The notes below the pieces were generated by a model. That model was not told the DNA's origin. It was given only the letters and a program-made list of their open reading frames with translations, and did no database searches. Positions 9,336 to 18,710 of a DNA stretch of 64,000 bases are shown here, piece after piece. The position numbers and the translations under genes were made by a program. The stretch's first letter is position 1, and each line of letters starts with the position of its first letter. This DNA is from Chloroflexota bacterium (lineage in GTDB: Bacteria > Chloroflexota > UBA11872 > VXNJ01), in NCBI GenBank assembly GCA_965208775.1, contig OZ242360.1, positions 126,085-190,084 on the forward strand, given 5' to 3'.

Positions 9336-10595
9336 TCAAATGCCAAGCGCTTCGTCTATATCCCGCTGATACTCGTCCACGCTTCCGGACGCGACCTCGT
9401 CGACCTTCACCTGACGCCCGGCGACCGACGATTCGACAACTGAGTAGGCAACCGCAAGATCGCGCAGTCCGCCTTCTCCGTCGACCTCCGGCTTCCTTTG
9501 CGAATCTTCGATGGCCTGTAGCCAGTCGAGCAGCTCCAATCCGAATGGGTCCTCCATGCCACCGGGAAACCACCGTTCGAGCTGGTCGGGCGAGGCCTCC
9601 GCGCGCATCAGCTCGATGGTGTCGGACTTGTCGCCCAGATCGTCAGTCAATTCAGTGCCGACTATAGATCCCCTGCTTCCATAGATGGCCTTGCCTCCAG
9701 GCACCGCCACCACGTCGCCGTGCGCTCCCCAGGAGAGCGTCAGGCTTCCAATCGCGCCCGACTTGAAGCGGTACGTGATCATCGCAACGTCTTCGAGCTC
9801 GTTCTCGACCGTCCCCTCGAAAGGCGCGTCGTCACGATAGCGGCGAACAGGCTCCGTGGTAGCCGTAACTGCTCCAACCGAGTCGATCTCGCCGCACTGA
9901 TACTCGATCATGTCGAACAGGTGGACGCCGAAGTCGATGCTCGGTCCGCCGCCCGCCCGCTGCTTGACGTGCCGCCAGGCGGTATGCGCGGCTATGTAGT
10001 CGGGCGACCAGTCGGGCGATCCCATGCCGCCCGCCAGAACCGACTGCAATCGTCCGATGCGGCCGTGGCGGATCGCCCAGTGCACGGCCCTGATGGGCGC
10101 CAAGTAACGGATGACTTCGGCGGTCGCCAGCGTGAGGCCGTTCTTGGCGGCCGCATCGACCAGCATCCGCGCCGCCTTGACCGTAATCGCGAGCGGTTTT
10201 TCCATCATGACGTGCCGCCCAGACTCCAGACAGTCGACGCCGATGGTGTGATGTGAATCGAGCGCGGTCAGCACTATCACCGCGTCCACCGAGTCCGAGT
10301 CGAGCATGCGCCGGTAGTCGCTGTATACCTCCGGTCTGCCGGATTGAAGCTCGCTGACGTACACGTGTGGAGCCGACAGCGGGTCGGTCTGGTCGTTAGC
10401 AGTTGGCGGGCGCGGCGGAATGCCGTCGTCGGGCGACCGGAACATCTTCGCGTCGTCGATATTGCGGGAGCAGAGCGCGGTGATCTCGAAATCAGCCAGA
10501 CCCCGCGTTTTGATCTCCCGCAGCCCGCGAAGATGAGCGGGGAGTATGCGTCCGCAGCCAATCACGCCTAGTCGAATCACTCTCGCCTCCTCCAA
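9336..10595 (-). CDS. Gfo/Idh/MocA-family NAD(P)-dependent oxidoreductase.
   Basis: The N-terminal Rossmann motif IRLGVIGCGRI and the family-typical C-terminal α/β domain are present. Confidence 0.8.
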   Translation of the reverse strand: MEEARVIRLGVIGCGRILPAHLRGLREIKTRGLADFEITALCSRNIDDAKMFRSPDDGIPPRPPTANDQTDPLSAPHVYVSELQSGRPEVYSDYRRMLDSDSVDAVIVLTALDSHHTIGVDCLESGRHVMMEKPLAITVKAARMLVDAAAKNGLTLATAEVIRYLAPIRAVHWAIRHGRIGRLQSVLAGGMGSPDWSPDYIAAHTAWRHVKQRAGGGPSIDFGVHLFDMIEYQCGEIDSVGAVTATTEPVRRYRDDAPFEGTVENELEDVAMITYRFKSGAIGSLTLSWGAHGDVVAVPGGKAIYGSRGSIVGTELTDDLGDKSDTIELMRAEASPDQLERWFPGGMEDPFGLELLDWLQAIEDSQRKPEVDGEGGLRDLAVAYSVVESSVAGRQVKVDEVASGSVDEYQRDIDEALGI

Positions 10596-10641
10596 CCTGT
10601 GGCCGCATGTTGCGCCGCCGCCGGATCACTCATTCGCATCT

Positions 10642-11565
10642 TCATACTGGAACAAACTTCTGAATGGCGCGGGAGCCACGGTCATAACCGGCCATCGTTT
10701 CGCAGACCTCGCCAACGTATACGACACCTCTGGAGTCGACCGCTATGCAGTGCGGCCCCATAAACAGCCCCGCGTCGTTTGTTCGCCCCTCGTAGCCGCC
10801 CCAACTCGCCAGCACGTTTCCATCCAAATCCAAGACGCTCGCCCTGTGTCCGCCCTGCGCAAGGAACAGGTTGCCCGCCGAATCGAGCGCCATGTCCTGA
10901 GGCATGTGAATGTCGGTCCAGATATCCAGCACTTCCCCGTCCGAATCGAAGACCTGTATGCGGTGATTCTCGCGGTCAGCCACCAGGATGCGGCCTTGGG
11001 GATCGATGACAAGTGCATGAGGCAGCACGAACTGCCCCGGGCCGCCACCTGGCTCGCCCCACGACGCGACGAGTTCCCCCGAAGCCGTGAACCTGTGCAC
11101 GCGCGCGTTTCCGTAGCCGTCAGTAACCAGCACGTCGCCGTCCGCGGTTACGACAGCGTTGGTCGGCCGGTTGAACGGCGGGCCCGCGCGTTTGATGTTG
11201 AAATAGTCCTTGCCGTCGTGGCCGGTGTCCGAGTAGACGCCCCGTGTTCCGAGCGTCATAAGCAGGTTGCCGTCCACGTCGAACTTGCGGACCGTGTGGT
11301 CCAGATCGCCCGTGCACCAGACCATGTCATCCGAGTCGATGTATATGCCATGCGGCCGAACGAAAAGCCCCTCGCCCCAGGACCTGACAAAGTTGCCGTC
11401 CTTGTCGAACACCATCACGGGATGCGGACCGCGGCTCAGCACGAAGACCCTGTCCTGCGAGTCGACGGCAACACCCGGGACGTCGAGAAACGGCCAGCCG
11501 GTGGGACGCTTGGCCCAATTGTCCACGACCTCGTAACGAAACTCCCCCGACCCGAATACACTCAT
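10642..11565 (-). CDS. NHL-repeat six-bladed β-propeller protein.
   Basis: The ORF contains repeated VxxDxxGNhhV blades (e.g. DVLVTDGYGNARVHRF, RILVADRENHRIQVFD). Confidence 0.65.
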   Translation of the reverse strand: MSVFGSGEFRYEVVDNWAKRPTGWPFLDVPGVAVDSQDRVFVLSRGPHPVMVFDKDGNFVRSWGEGLFVRPHGIYIDSDDMVWCTGDLDHTVRKFDVDGNLLMTLGTRGVYSDTGHDGKDYFNIKRAGPPFNRPTNAVVTADGDVLVTDGYGNARVHRFTASGELVASWGEPGGGPGQFVLPHALVIDPQGRILVADRENHRIQVFDSDGEVLDIWTDIHMPQDMALDSAGNLFLAQGGHRASVLDLDGNVLASWGGYEGRTNDAGLFMGPHCIAVDSRGVVYVGEVCETMAGYDRGSRAIQKFVPV

Positions 11566-11692
11566 AATGCGTCCCGTCCCTCAACGACTTCGCGGTGCCG
11601 TCACATATCGGCTGCGCATATATTGCCTGATTGACGGACTCTATACAGCGTATCGACTCGTCGGACGGTTTCCGTAGTCTGCAGGATGCTCC

Positions 11693-11720
11693 TTGACGCG
11701 ACTACCCTTGCGTGTAGTCT
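11693..11720 (+). promoter_or_regulatory. Possible sigma70-type promoter (TTGACG-N16-TAGTCT) for the tandem-GNAT gene.
   Basis: Hexamer match by eye about 80–120 bp upstream of the start. No other support. Confidence 0.2.
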
Positions 11721-11800
11721 CAAGAAAAAGCTAGCGGCTTAGTCCCCGCCGATGGCGTTTTATACGCTCTCAGAAACAACTCGACAGAAGCGGCGCCCTC

Positions 11801-12913
11801 ATGCCGGAACTATCCATCGTTAACAGATCGGACAACTGCATGGATGAAATGCCCAAGGAGATTCGTACCGAACGGCTCCTTCTGAGGCCGTTCCGTATGT
11901 CCGATGTTGACGATGTCTTCCAGTACGCTCAGGACCCTGAATGGGCGCGGTATCTCCACGTTCCCCAGCCTTATCTGCGGTCCGACGCCGAGGAGTTCGT
12001 AGCCCTTCAACTGGAAGACCCTTCGTGGGCCATTGTCTACCAAGGACGGATGATTGGCGGGGTTTATCTCCACGACCTGAACCATAAGCACCTGACCTCA
12101 GGGATCGGATACTCGGTTGCCCGCACGCACTGGTCGCGAGGGATCGCAACCGAAGCCGTTTCCGCTGTCGTTGCAGCCGCGTTCGAGCACACGGAACTCC
12201 GACGCATCTGGGCCGCGGCGGATCCCAGGAATGTTGCGTCCCATCGGGTTATGGAAAAAATCGGAATGGTCCGCGAAGGCGTGTTCCGTCAGAATGTGCT
12301 CGTCCGCGGCGAACCGGCGGACACCTCTGTCTACGCCATCCTGCGCGAGGACTGGGAAGCCAGCATGGCCGAGATGCCCAGGGAGACTCGGACTGAACGG
12401 CTCCTGCTACGGCCGTTCCGCACATCCGACGTAGACGATGTCTACGACTACGCTCACGACCCCGAGTGGGGGCGATTTCTCCCGGTGCCCAAGCCCTACC
12501 TGCGCTCCGATGCCGAGGAGTTCGTGGGACGCCAGCTGGCGAAAAAATGGACCGAGGAGCCGGACTGGGCCATGGTGTTCGACGGCAAGGTGATCGGAGG
12601 GGTGAGTCTTCACGACAGGGACCGCGAACGCCGCACGATTGAGCTTGGCTATGCGGTCGCCCGCGCGCACTGGTCTAAGGGGTTTGCCACCGAAGCGGTC
12701 AACGCCGTCATGGGAGCCGCGTTTAGCAACCTGAGACTCGAAACCATCTCGGCACGGGCCGACGTACGGAATATCGCGTCATGGTGCGTAATGGAAAAAG
12801 TCGGCATGACCCGCCAGCGCATCGTGCAAGAGGACGTGCCGTCAGGCGGTCCCCCCGTGGATATGGTCGTCTACGCAATCTCTCGCGAGGAATGGGAGGC
12901 GAAGCAAGCCTGA
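11801..12913 (+). CDS. Fusion of two tandem GNAT (RimJ/RimL-like) N-acetyltransferase domains. The start is probably internal (~11840/11849).
   Basis: Two ~175-aa units, each beginning MP(K/R)E(I/T)RTERLLLRPFR, are ~55% identical. The second unit starts at 12373. Confidence 0.8.
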   Translation: MPELSIVNRSDNCMDEMPKEIRTERLLLRPFRMSDVDDVFQYAQDPEWARYLHVPQPYLRSDAEEFVALQLEDPSWAIVYQGRMIGGVYLHDLNHKHLTSGIGYSVARTHWSRGIATEAVSAVVAAAFEHTELRRIWAAADPRNVASHRVMEKIGMVREGVFRQNVLVRGEPADTSVYAILREDWEASMAEMPRETRTERLLLRPFRTSDVDDVYDYAHDPEWGRFLPVPKPYLRSDAEEFVGRQLAKKWTEEPDWAMVFDGKVIGGVSLHDRDRERRTIELGYAVARAHWSKGFATEAVNAVMGAAFSNLRLETISARADVRNIASWCVMEKVGMTRQRIVQEDVPSGGPPVDMVVYAISREEWEAKQA

Positions 12914-13091
12914 GCGAACTCGACCTCAGACACCCGTCCGTACTCTCCTGACTGCAACCCTGATGGCTCGACACGCGACCGGAGTGAGGTGCTGAAACGA
13001 CGGTTTCCGGCCATCTCTACCGCTTCGCTGTTGGGCCTGATCTCGCGGACTGGTGCTACGCTCTAATTGGGGTAGGCGCGAGTCGCCTCAA

Positions 13092-13163
13092 GCCGGTGTG
13101 GCTCAATGGCAGAGCGGCGGTTTTGTAAACCGCAGGTTGTGGGTTCGACTCCCACCGCCGGCT
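13092..13163 (+). tRNA. tRNA-Thr (anticodon UGU).
   Basis: Manual cloverleaf: acceptor GCCGGTG/CGCCGGC (one G-U pair), D-arm GCTC/GAGC, anticodon stem GCGGT/ACCGC with loop TTTGTAA, T-arm GTGGG-TTCGACT-CCCAC. CCA is not encoded. Confidence 0.85.
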
Positions 13164-13393
13164 CCGATACCCTGGAAATCGCGCTAAAGCACGCCAACGT
13201 GACTTGTGGACCCAGCCTCATCTCTCAAGTCTGCGACCATTTCCTATTCGCAACGAAGCCAACTTCTTGTGTCGCCACACTAGTCGGCTTGGGCATACGC
13301 CATCCGGAGCTATAGAAGCCGACTGAATAGCACGACGGCATTTTAGAAAGCGAGCGGCGTCGAGAACTTCCCAGACTGCCGGCCCGCGATCAA

Positions 13394-15685
13394 TCAACTT
13401 GACTCATAACTGTAGACCCTATCCTCAAGCAGTCCGAGGTCGAGTCCAAAGTAGTAGTCGAGTATTGCCCTGAAGTGGTTGACCGAAGTAATCGAGGGAT
13501 ACACGGCACTCTCGCCGCCCTCGGGAAGCAGGAACGCGGCCAGGATGTCGTGGCTGATCGAGGGATCGTGTTTTTCGTGTCCGTGGTCTCCGGCGATGAC
13601 GATTATCGGAGTTTGTTCCGAGTTGTCGAGTATCGCGTCGACGACTTCCAACATCTGGCCGTTCAGCCAAATGAGCTGACCATAGAATGCTCCGGGAACC
13701 GAGGGATCGTGGTCATCCTGCCAGCTTGCCCCGTCGAACCTGACGTTTCCATGCTTGTCGAACGAATAGGGGCCATGCGGTTTTATCAAATGCGCGACTA
13801 CAAACTTCGGCCCGTCCCAGATTCCGACTTCCTTCATGAATTCCAGCCAATCGAGAGCCCGTTGCGGATGCCCGAAACCGTAGGACCTGTGTTGCGTGCC
13901 AAATTCGGGCGAGAGGAGCAGATTCGCCACGGTTGTCTGCAAGAGCGCCGCGGCAAATCTGCCAGACAGGTGAGTTGTCCGTTCGAGCCGGAACGTTTCC
14001 CTAGTCTCCTCTCCGCTGAATAGGGTGCCCGAGGGGCTGAAGTCCACCACGACGTGCGCGGTGCTGTTGAAATTGGTCAATTCGAAACCAGAGGAGATAT
14101 GCAGATATCTATACCCAATGGTCATCAGGATTTGTCCCAATGCGTGAGCGTCTATCTGCGCTCGGAGACGTCGATAGGCCGCTTGCCTGTTGGTATCGAA
14201 GTACTCGGCGTCAACATATTCCATATTCAGGGTTGAAGTTGCTGAATGGTAAGTCCGAGCGTAGTTACTGCGAGCTTGTGGGGCCACGTAGAAGCCGCGG
14301 TTTTCCAGTTGCTGCACGAATTCGCTGTTGTCGAACTGCGGAGGCGAACCGCTCCTGGGATATTCATCCAGGATGATGTAATAGATGTCTCTAAGTTGAT
14401 CTCTTGAGAGTCTGTCCCTGGCTTCGGCGAGCCGTTCGTCGAGTCCCGGGAAACCGTCGAAAGGGTCAACGTCCTGTGGTCGGCTGCCTGCGTAGAAATC
14501 GGTGGCGATCTGGTAAATGGGCAAGAGAACAAGCAAAACGCTGCCCAGGTTGAGCGTCAGACCCAGCTTGCGCGTGAGGCCGGGATGTCGAGTTAGGAGC
14601 GCCCCGAGACCGAGAACGGTCGGTACGCCTAACCCAAGAAGATACCTGTCATCGGCGTGATCGCCCAGGGCGACGTATATGTGACCGTATGAGAAGAACG
14701 CGATTCCGAGCAGACCCGTAAGCGCCGCCGCCACGGTGGCTGTTTTGAAGATGAGCCGCAATGCCACGAAGGTGACCGTGACGGCCGCCATGGTGACCGC
14801 GAAGACGGCGATCGACTCGGAGACGCGAAACAAGAACAGGTTGCTGGAGAGATAGTGCAATATCGCGAAGGCGGGTATCAGCCACGGAAACACGTAGATG
14901 GCGCGCCGCGCGGTTGAAGTGCGAACAGACGATGCCTGATCCACACGGCGGCCCGGCGGTAGTCGCAGGACCGCCCGAACCCGGCCGGCCAGGGACACAA
15001 ACCCAATTCGCATCCTCCGCGTGGTGTTGCGCAGAGGTCGGGAGACCAGAGGCTGCGACAGTACCGTTATCGCGATTGCCAGCGCTGCGGCCGCCGGCGC
15101 TCCCGCCAGGCGCGCAAGGTCCGGCGTCGATCCCTCGAGAGCGGCCTGCCAACCCCTGCCCTTCCAGACGAACTCATGCGCGAGCGGGCCGTACTCCGTC
15201 GGCTGACGATGTATGGTTACAGACGCGCCAGTTCCCGGCTCGCTGGTCCCGAACATTACGTTGTAGTCCAGCTTCCGTTCCGCTCCGCGCTCCGTTGATA
15301 CCCAGAGTTGCAACGTGAGTTCTTCGCCGGGGGCAGGCCGGTAGGGCGGGAAAACGAGAACATACGCATCCAATTGCTTGCTCGCCCTGATTGAAACTTT
15401 GACCTGCCGCACAGGCTCTTCGGCATCTCCGCCAAGCAACGAGGCGACGACCGGCGCCTCGCCGCGGTCAAAGCGGGCGCGGGCCCAAATACGGACCTCT
15501 GAAACGATGTCGACGTCGTCCAGGACTTGCTCGACTGTTTGGTCGGGCCAGACGGGATCCGTGAGGTCGATAACCCCGCCCGAAGACCGCGAAACGAAGC
15601 TTGTTTGGGGCAGCAGGCTCGCCAGCAGCCCAATACTCACCAGAGCGAGAACAGCCGGTATCAGCCGGGAACGAACCATGTTCAC
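13394..15685 (-). CDS. LtaS-like paralog 1: membrane-anchored alkaline-phosphatase-superfamily (LtaS/sulfatase-like) protein.
   Basis: The 763-aa ORF has an N-terminal signal anchor, a ~170-aa ectodomain, about five TM helices, and a C-terminal domain with ILDEYPRSG and IIVIAGDHGHE motifs typical of LtaS/sulfatase-like phosphotransferases. Confidence 0.7.
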   Translation of the reverse strand: MNMVRSRLIPAVLALVSIGLLASLLPQTSFVSRSSGGVIDLTDPVWPDQTVEQVLDDVDIVSEVRIWARARFDRGEAPVVASLLGGDAEEPVRQVKVSIRASKQLDAYVLVFPPYRPAPGEELTLQLWVSTERGAERKLDYNVMFGTSEPGTGASVTIHRQPTEYGPLAHEFVWKGRGWQAALEGSTPDLARLAGAPAAAALAIAITVLSQPLVSRPLRNTTRRMRIGFVSLAGRVRAVLRLPPGRRVDQASSVRTSTARRAIYVFPWLIPAFAILHYLSSNLFLFRVSESIAVFAVTMAAVTVTFVALRLIFKTATVAAALTGLLGIAFFSYGHIYVALGDHADDRYLLGLGVPTVLGLGALLTRHPGLTRKLGLTLNLGSVLLVLLPIYQIATDFYAGSRPQDVDPFDGFPGLDERLAEARDRLSRDQLRDIYYIILDEYPRSGSPPQFDNSEFVQQLENRGFYVAPQARSNYARTYHSATSTLNMEYVDAEYFDTNRQAAYRRLRAQIDAHALGQILMTIGYRYLHISSGFELTNFNSTAHVVVDFSPSGTLFSGEETRETFRLERTTHLSGRFAAALLQTTVANLLLSPEFGTQHRSYGFGHPQRALDWLEFMKEVGIWDGPKFVVAHLIKPHGPYSFDKHGNVRFDGASWQDDHDPSVPGAFYGQLIWLNGQMLEVVDAILDNSEQTPIIVIAGDHGHEKHDPSISHDILAAFLLPEGGESAVYPSITSVNHFRAILDYYFGLDLGLLEDRVYSYESS
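14240..15685. repeat. Inverted-repeat arm A (~1.45 kb), ~95% identical to the reverse complement of 26702..28147.
   Basis: Codons 1–~483 of paralogs 1 and 2 are near-identical. I aligned DNA stretches by eye and found few mismatches. The end coordinates are approximate. Confidence 0.8.
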
Positions 15686-15689
15686 CGTC

Positions 15690-16940
15690 TTATGGCAGCT
15701 CCCACCTAACGGTGTGCACGACCGACCGACCGGATTCCTCCGGCTCCTGGTAGTAGGGAGACAGCGCGTAGATCGTTAGCAGCGTGCCGTCGGCCAGCTG
15801 ACGGGTAGTCGGCCAGCCGTTGCTCGGACCGTTGCTGATCGATAGCTGGATGGGATGATCGAAGTCCCAAGTCTCGCCCAGATCGTTACTCACGACCGCG
15901 CCCGTGCCGAACGGCAGGTGATAGTTGAGATGGGTGCAGAGGATTCGCCCGTCGCTGAGCAACGCCAGATGCGCGTGAACTTCGCTGTAGTTGAGGAAGT
16001 CCCTCGGTTCGGTCCAGGTCCGGCCTCCGTCGGCGCTTTCCATCAACACGATATGCCCGGCTGCGTGATCGTTGGGTACCGAGCCGGGCGGGTGAGGCGG
16101 GGAAGTGCCCTCGATGGGATGGTCATACTCGAACCGGCTTGTCGCCAGCAGCCGTCCGTCGGGAAGGCTCAGGAAGTCGGACTCCACGAACATCGCGAAC
16201 GAGTCGTCCCAGACCTCGACCGGCTCCAGTTCGGACCAGCTTCGGCCACAGTCCGAAGAGTGGCGCAGCCATGCGCGGCAGTTGGCGGGCGCATCAGTTT
16301 TGGACCATCCTTCGTGGGTGCCCACGCAGCGCATGATCGAGATCGTGCCATCGGACTGGAAGATCGGCCCGCGGACTATCGATACCGACTGATAGCTCTC
16401 GCGCGGCGTTTCCATCGGAGTCATGGTCCACGTATGGCCGCCGTCTTCCGAGCGGCACACCGCATCGACACTTTCCCCCGTGAACAGCAGGCTTCCGTCG
16501 TCGAGGCACGTGAGCGAGTTTTCCTTGCCCAGCAGCGGCGTGTGCTCCATCGGTTCCCAACTGGCGCCGTTATCCCTGGAGATGTGCAGACGCACCGGCC
16601 AGTTCTTGAGCTGCGGCTCCTCGCCGAAGAACTCGTTCGGCGTGCCCGTCGGATACGGACTCGCTATCGAAGGATGAAGCATGTCGACCGGCGAAGCGAT
16701 GATGTCTCCATTGGGAAGGATGGCCATACTCGCCTTGTAAAGTCCCCGACCACCCATCTGCGACCTGACGGCGGGACGCTTCGAGAGCTGCGCGACCGAG
16801 TGGTAGTCCAGTCCCGTGTAACCGGTCAATCCGGCAACGTAATACTCCCCCACGCCGGCTGGTGACCATTCAAACGGCTCGGTTGGTTTTTCGATCATAT
16901 TGCCCTCCCACATCATCTGCCCGATGGCCGAAAGTACCAC
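15690..16940 (-). CDS. BNR/Asp-box repeat exo-α-sialidase-like glycoside hydrolase. GTG start at 16940, or ATG at 16916.
   Basis: Four Asp-boxes are present (SRDNGASW, SEDGGHTW, SSDCGRSW, SADGGRTW). A 4-bp gap to the downstream paralog-1 gene suggests co-transcription. Confidence 0.7.
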   Translation of the reverse strand: MVLSAIGQMMWEGNMIEKPTEPFEWSPAGVGEYYVAGLTGYTGLDYHSVAQLSKRPAVRSQMGGRGLYKASMAILPNGDIIASPVDMLHPSIASPYPTGTPNEFFGEEPQLKNWPVRLHISRDNGASWEPMEHTPLLGKENSLTCLDDGSLLFTGESVDAVCRSEDGGHTWTMTPMETPRESYQSVSIVRGPIFQSDGTISIMRCVGTHEGWSKTDAPANCRAWLRHSSDCGRSWSELEPVEVWDDSFAMFVESDFLSLPDGRLLATSRFEYDHPIEGTSPPHPPGSVPNDHAAGHIVLMESADGGRTWTEPRDFLNYSEVHAHLALLSDGRILCTHLNYHLPFGTGAVVSNDLGETWDFDHPIQLSISNGPSNGWPTTRQLADGTLLTIYALSPYYQEPEESGRSVVHTVRWELP

Positions 16941-17109
16941 GCCCCGCCGTAATCCGGCGGATTGCCAATGGGTCGAATGAGTCTGGTGCTAAATTACGCG
17001 TCATGCAACTGATTTCATCGAGCGCGCTTCCTTTCTCGCCCGCGCCCAGCCGTCACCCGTCCATCCGTGCGCCACGACGCACATGCCGCTCAGGAGGCAG
17101 TCAGCCGTC

Positions 17110-18594
17110 ATGAATTTCATAGTCGTCGTCTGCGATACCCTGCGCCGCGACCACGTCAGCGCATACTCCGCGCAGCCCGAGCGCTGGGAATCGGGCGGCG
17201 AGTGGGCGGTGGAGACACCTCACTTCGACCGTTTCGCCCGCAATGCCTGCGTGTTCGAAAACGCCTACATTGGATCGTTTCCGACCGTCCCCAACCGACG
17301 AGAGATATTCACCGGACGGTCGGTTTTCACCTACGCCGAGTGGGCGCCGCTTCCGGCTTCCGAGATTGTCATCTCCGAAACGCTCGCAAACGCCGGCTAC
17401 ACGACCATGCTCATTGCCGACACTCCGCACATCTTGCAGCGAGGTTTTCACTTCGACCGCGGATTCACCGCCTGGGATTGGATCAGGGGGCAAGAAAACG
17501 ACCGGCTTCGCACGGACCCGCAGCGAGTGGAGTTGCCCTCCGCGCCCCATAAGCTGCGGGAGCCGGAAATGACCATGGGGCAATACCTTCGCAACATCGC
17601 CGACTGGCAGGAGGAAAGCGACCGGTTCTGCCCGACCACCTTCACGCGGGCCAGCCATTGGCTGGAGCAAAACGCCAAGAACAAGCCGTTCTTCCTACAC
17701 GTCGACACATTCGACCCCCACGAACCCTGGGACCCCCCGCAATCCGATGCGGACCGCTACGACCCCGGCTACGAAGGCGAGCGCGTCACTTACCCGGTAT
17801 ACGGCTACTGGGAAGGCTTCCTGAGCCCGGCTGAGCTGCGACATTCGCACGCTCTCTATTGCGGCGAGGTCTCCATGGTCGACCGCTGGTTCGGCCGGAT
17901 CCTGGACACGATGGACAGGCTCGATCTTTGGGACGACACGGCGCTTATCCTCACCTCGGACCACGGGTTCTATTTCGGCGAGCACGGAATAATCGGGAAG
18001 AGCATTATCGAGCCGAACGGACCCGTTCGGCCCCATCCGCTGCTCTCCGAGGTCGCCCGCATCCCGTTGATCGCCCATATTCCCGGCATAACCGAACCGG
18101 GAATGCGGCCCGGCGGCTATATCCAGCCGCTCGACCTGATGCCGACGTTCCTGGAGTTGGCAAACCTCGATGCGAGCGAGGTGGCGAACGGCCGGTCTCT
18201 CGTCCCGCTGATCACCGGCCAGACCGACAAGCTGCGTGAGTTTGCGGTCTCGTCGCACAGCATCTGCGTCCCGCTGGCAGGACGTCCGAGCACCATTGTC
18301 ACGCCCGACTGGACGCTAGTCTTGGGAGCGCCGCATTCGGCTTCGGAGACCGACGGCGGGGCGCAGACCGACACTGAAGTCATCGACAGCCGCCGCCGTA
18401 GAGAACAGCCCAGCGATGCCGCCACCTGCCCGCAACTCTATGACAATCACGCCGATCCCGGCATGACCAATAACGTGATCGAGGACCATCCCGACGAAGC
18501 CGGCGACCTTCGAGACATGTACATCGGCTACATCGAGTCGGTCGGAACCGCGGAGGAATATGTCGCCCCCCGCCGCCAAGCGCGGCTACATTAG
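17110..18594 (+). CDS. Sulfatase-like hydrolase (alkaline-phosphatase superfamily).
   Basis: It has VVVCDTLRRDH and LILTSDHGFYFGEHG motifs. I preferred the start at 17110 because AGGAGG lies upstream of it, whereas the 17083 ATG itself precedes that Shine-Dalgarno site. Confidence 0.75.
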   Translation: MNFIVVVCDTLRRDHVSAYSAQPERWESGGEWAVETPHFDRFARNACVFENAYIGSFPTVPNRREIFTGRSVFTYAEWAPLPASEIVISETLANAGYTTMLIADTPHILQRGFHFDRGFTAWDWIRGQENDRLRTDPQRVELPSAPHKLREPEMTMGQYLRNIADWQEESDRFCPTTFTRASHWLEQNAKNKPFFLHVDTFDPHEPWDPPQSDADRYDPGYEGERVTYPVYGYWEGFLSPAELRHSHALYCGEVSMVDRWFGRILDTMDRLDLWDDTALILTSDHGFYFGEHGIIGKSIIEPNGPVRPHPLLSEVARIPLIAHIPGITEPGMRPGGYIQPLDLMPTFLELANLDASEVANGRSLVPLITGQTDKLREFAVSSHSICVPLAGRPSTIVTPDWTLVLGAPHSASETDGGAQTDTEVIDSRRRREQPSDAATCPQLYDNHADPGMTNNVIEDHPDEAGDLRDMYIGYIESVGTAEEYVAPRRQARLH

Positions 18595-18710
18595 CTCTTC
18601 GATTTATCTCGCCACATTTGCGTGTCCACTGACAGGCCCCAAATGGCGACGGGCTAGCGGTGCGATGACCCGCTGCTTGTATTCATTCGCTCCGACTATC
18701 AATATACGGA

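Noticed and set aside
10546-11634. 362-aa plus-strand ORF antisense to the NHL-repeat gene.
   Set aside because: It is an opposite-strand shadow of a gene with clear repeat-domain signal. Its composition is R/P/A-rich and it has no recognisable domains.
13106-13315. 69-aa ORF starting inside tRNA-Thr.
   Set aside because: It overlaps a structurally well-supported tRNA, so it is spurious.
14649-15152. Pair of 'conserved' 167-aa ORFs (14649..15152 minus; 27235..27738 plus), plus 134-aa partners, that look like a duplicated hidden gene.
   Set aside because: They are simply off-frame or antisense readings of the two near-identical inverted-repeat arms. Their conservation derives from the repeat, not from selection, and they are Arg/Gly/Pro-rich.
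15855-16865. 336-aa ORF antisense to the BNR/sialidase-like gene. Similar long antisense ORFs occur at 21074..22459, 22807..24009, 17695..18258, 18726..19736, 41999..43222, 46271..47284 and 57409..58530.
   Set aside because: All lie opposite or off-frame to genes with strong family motifs. Their translations are low-complexity and they lack start context, so they are high-GC artefacts.
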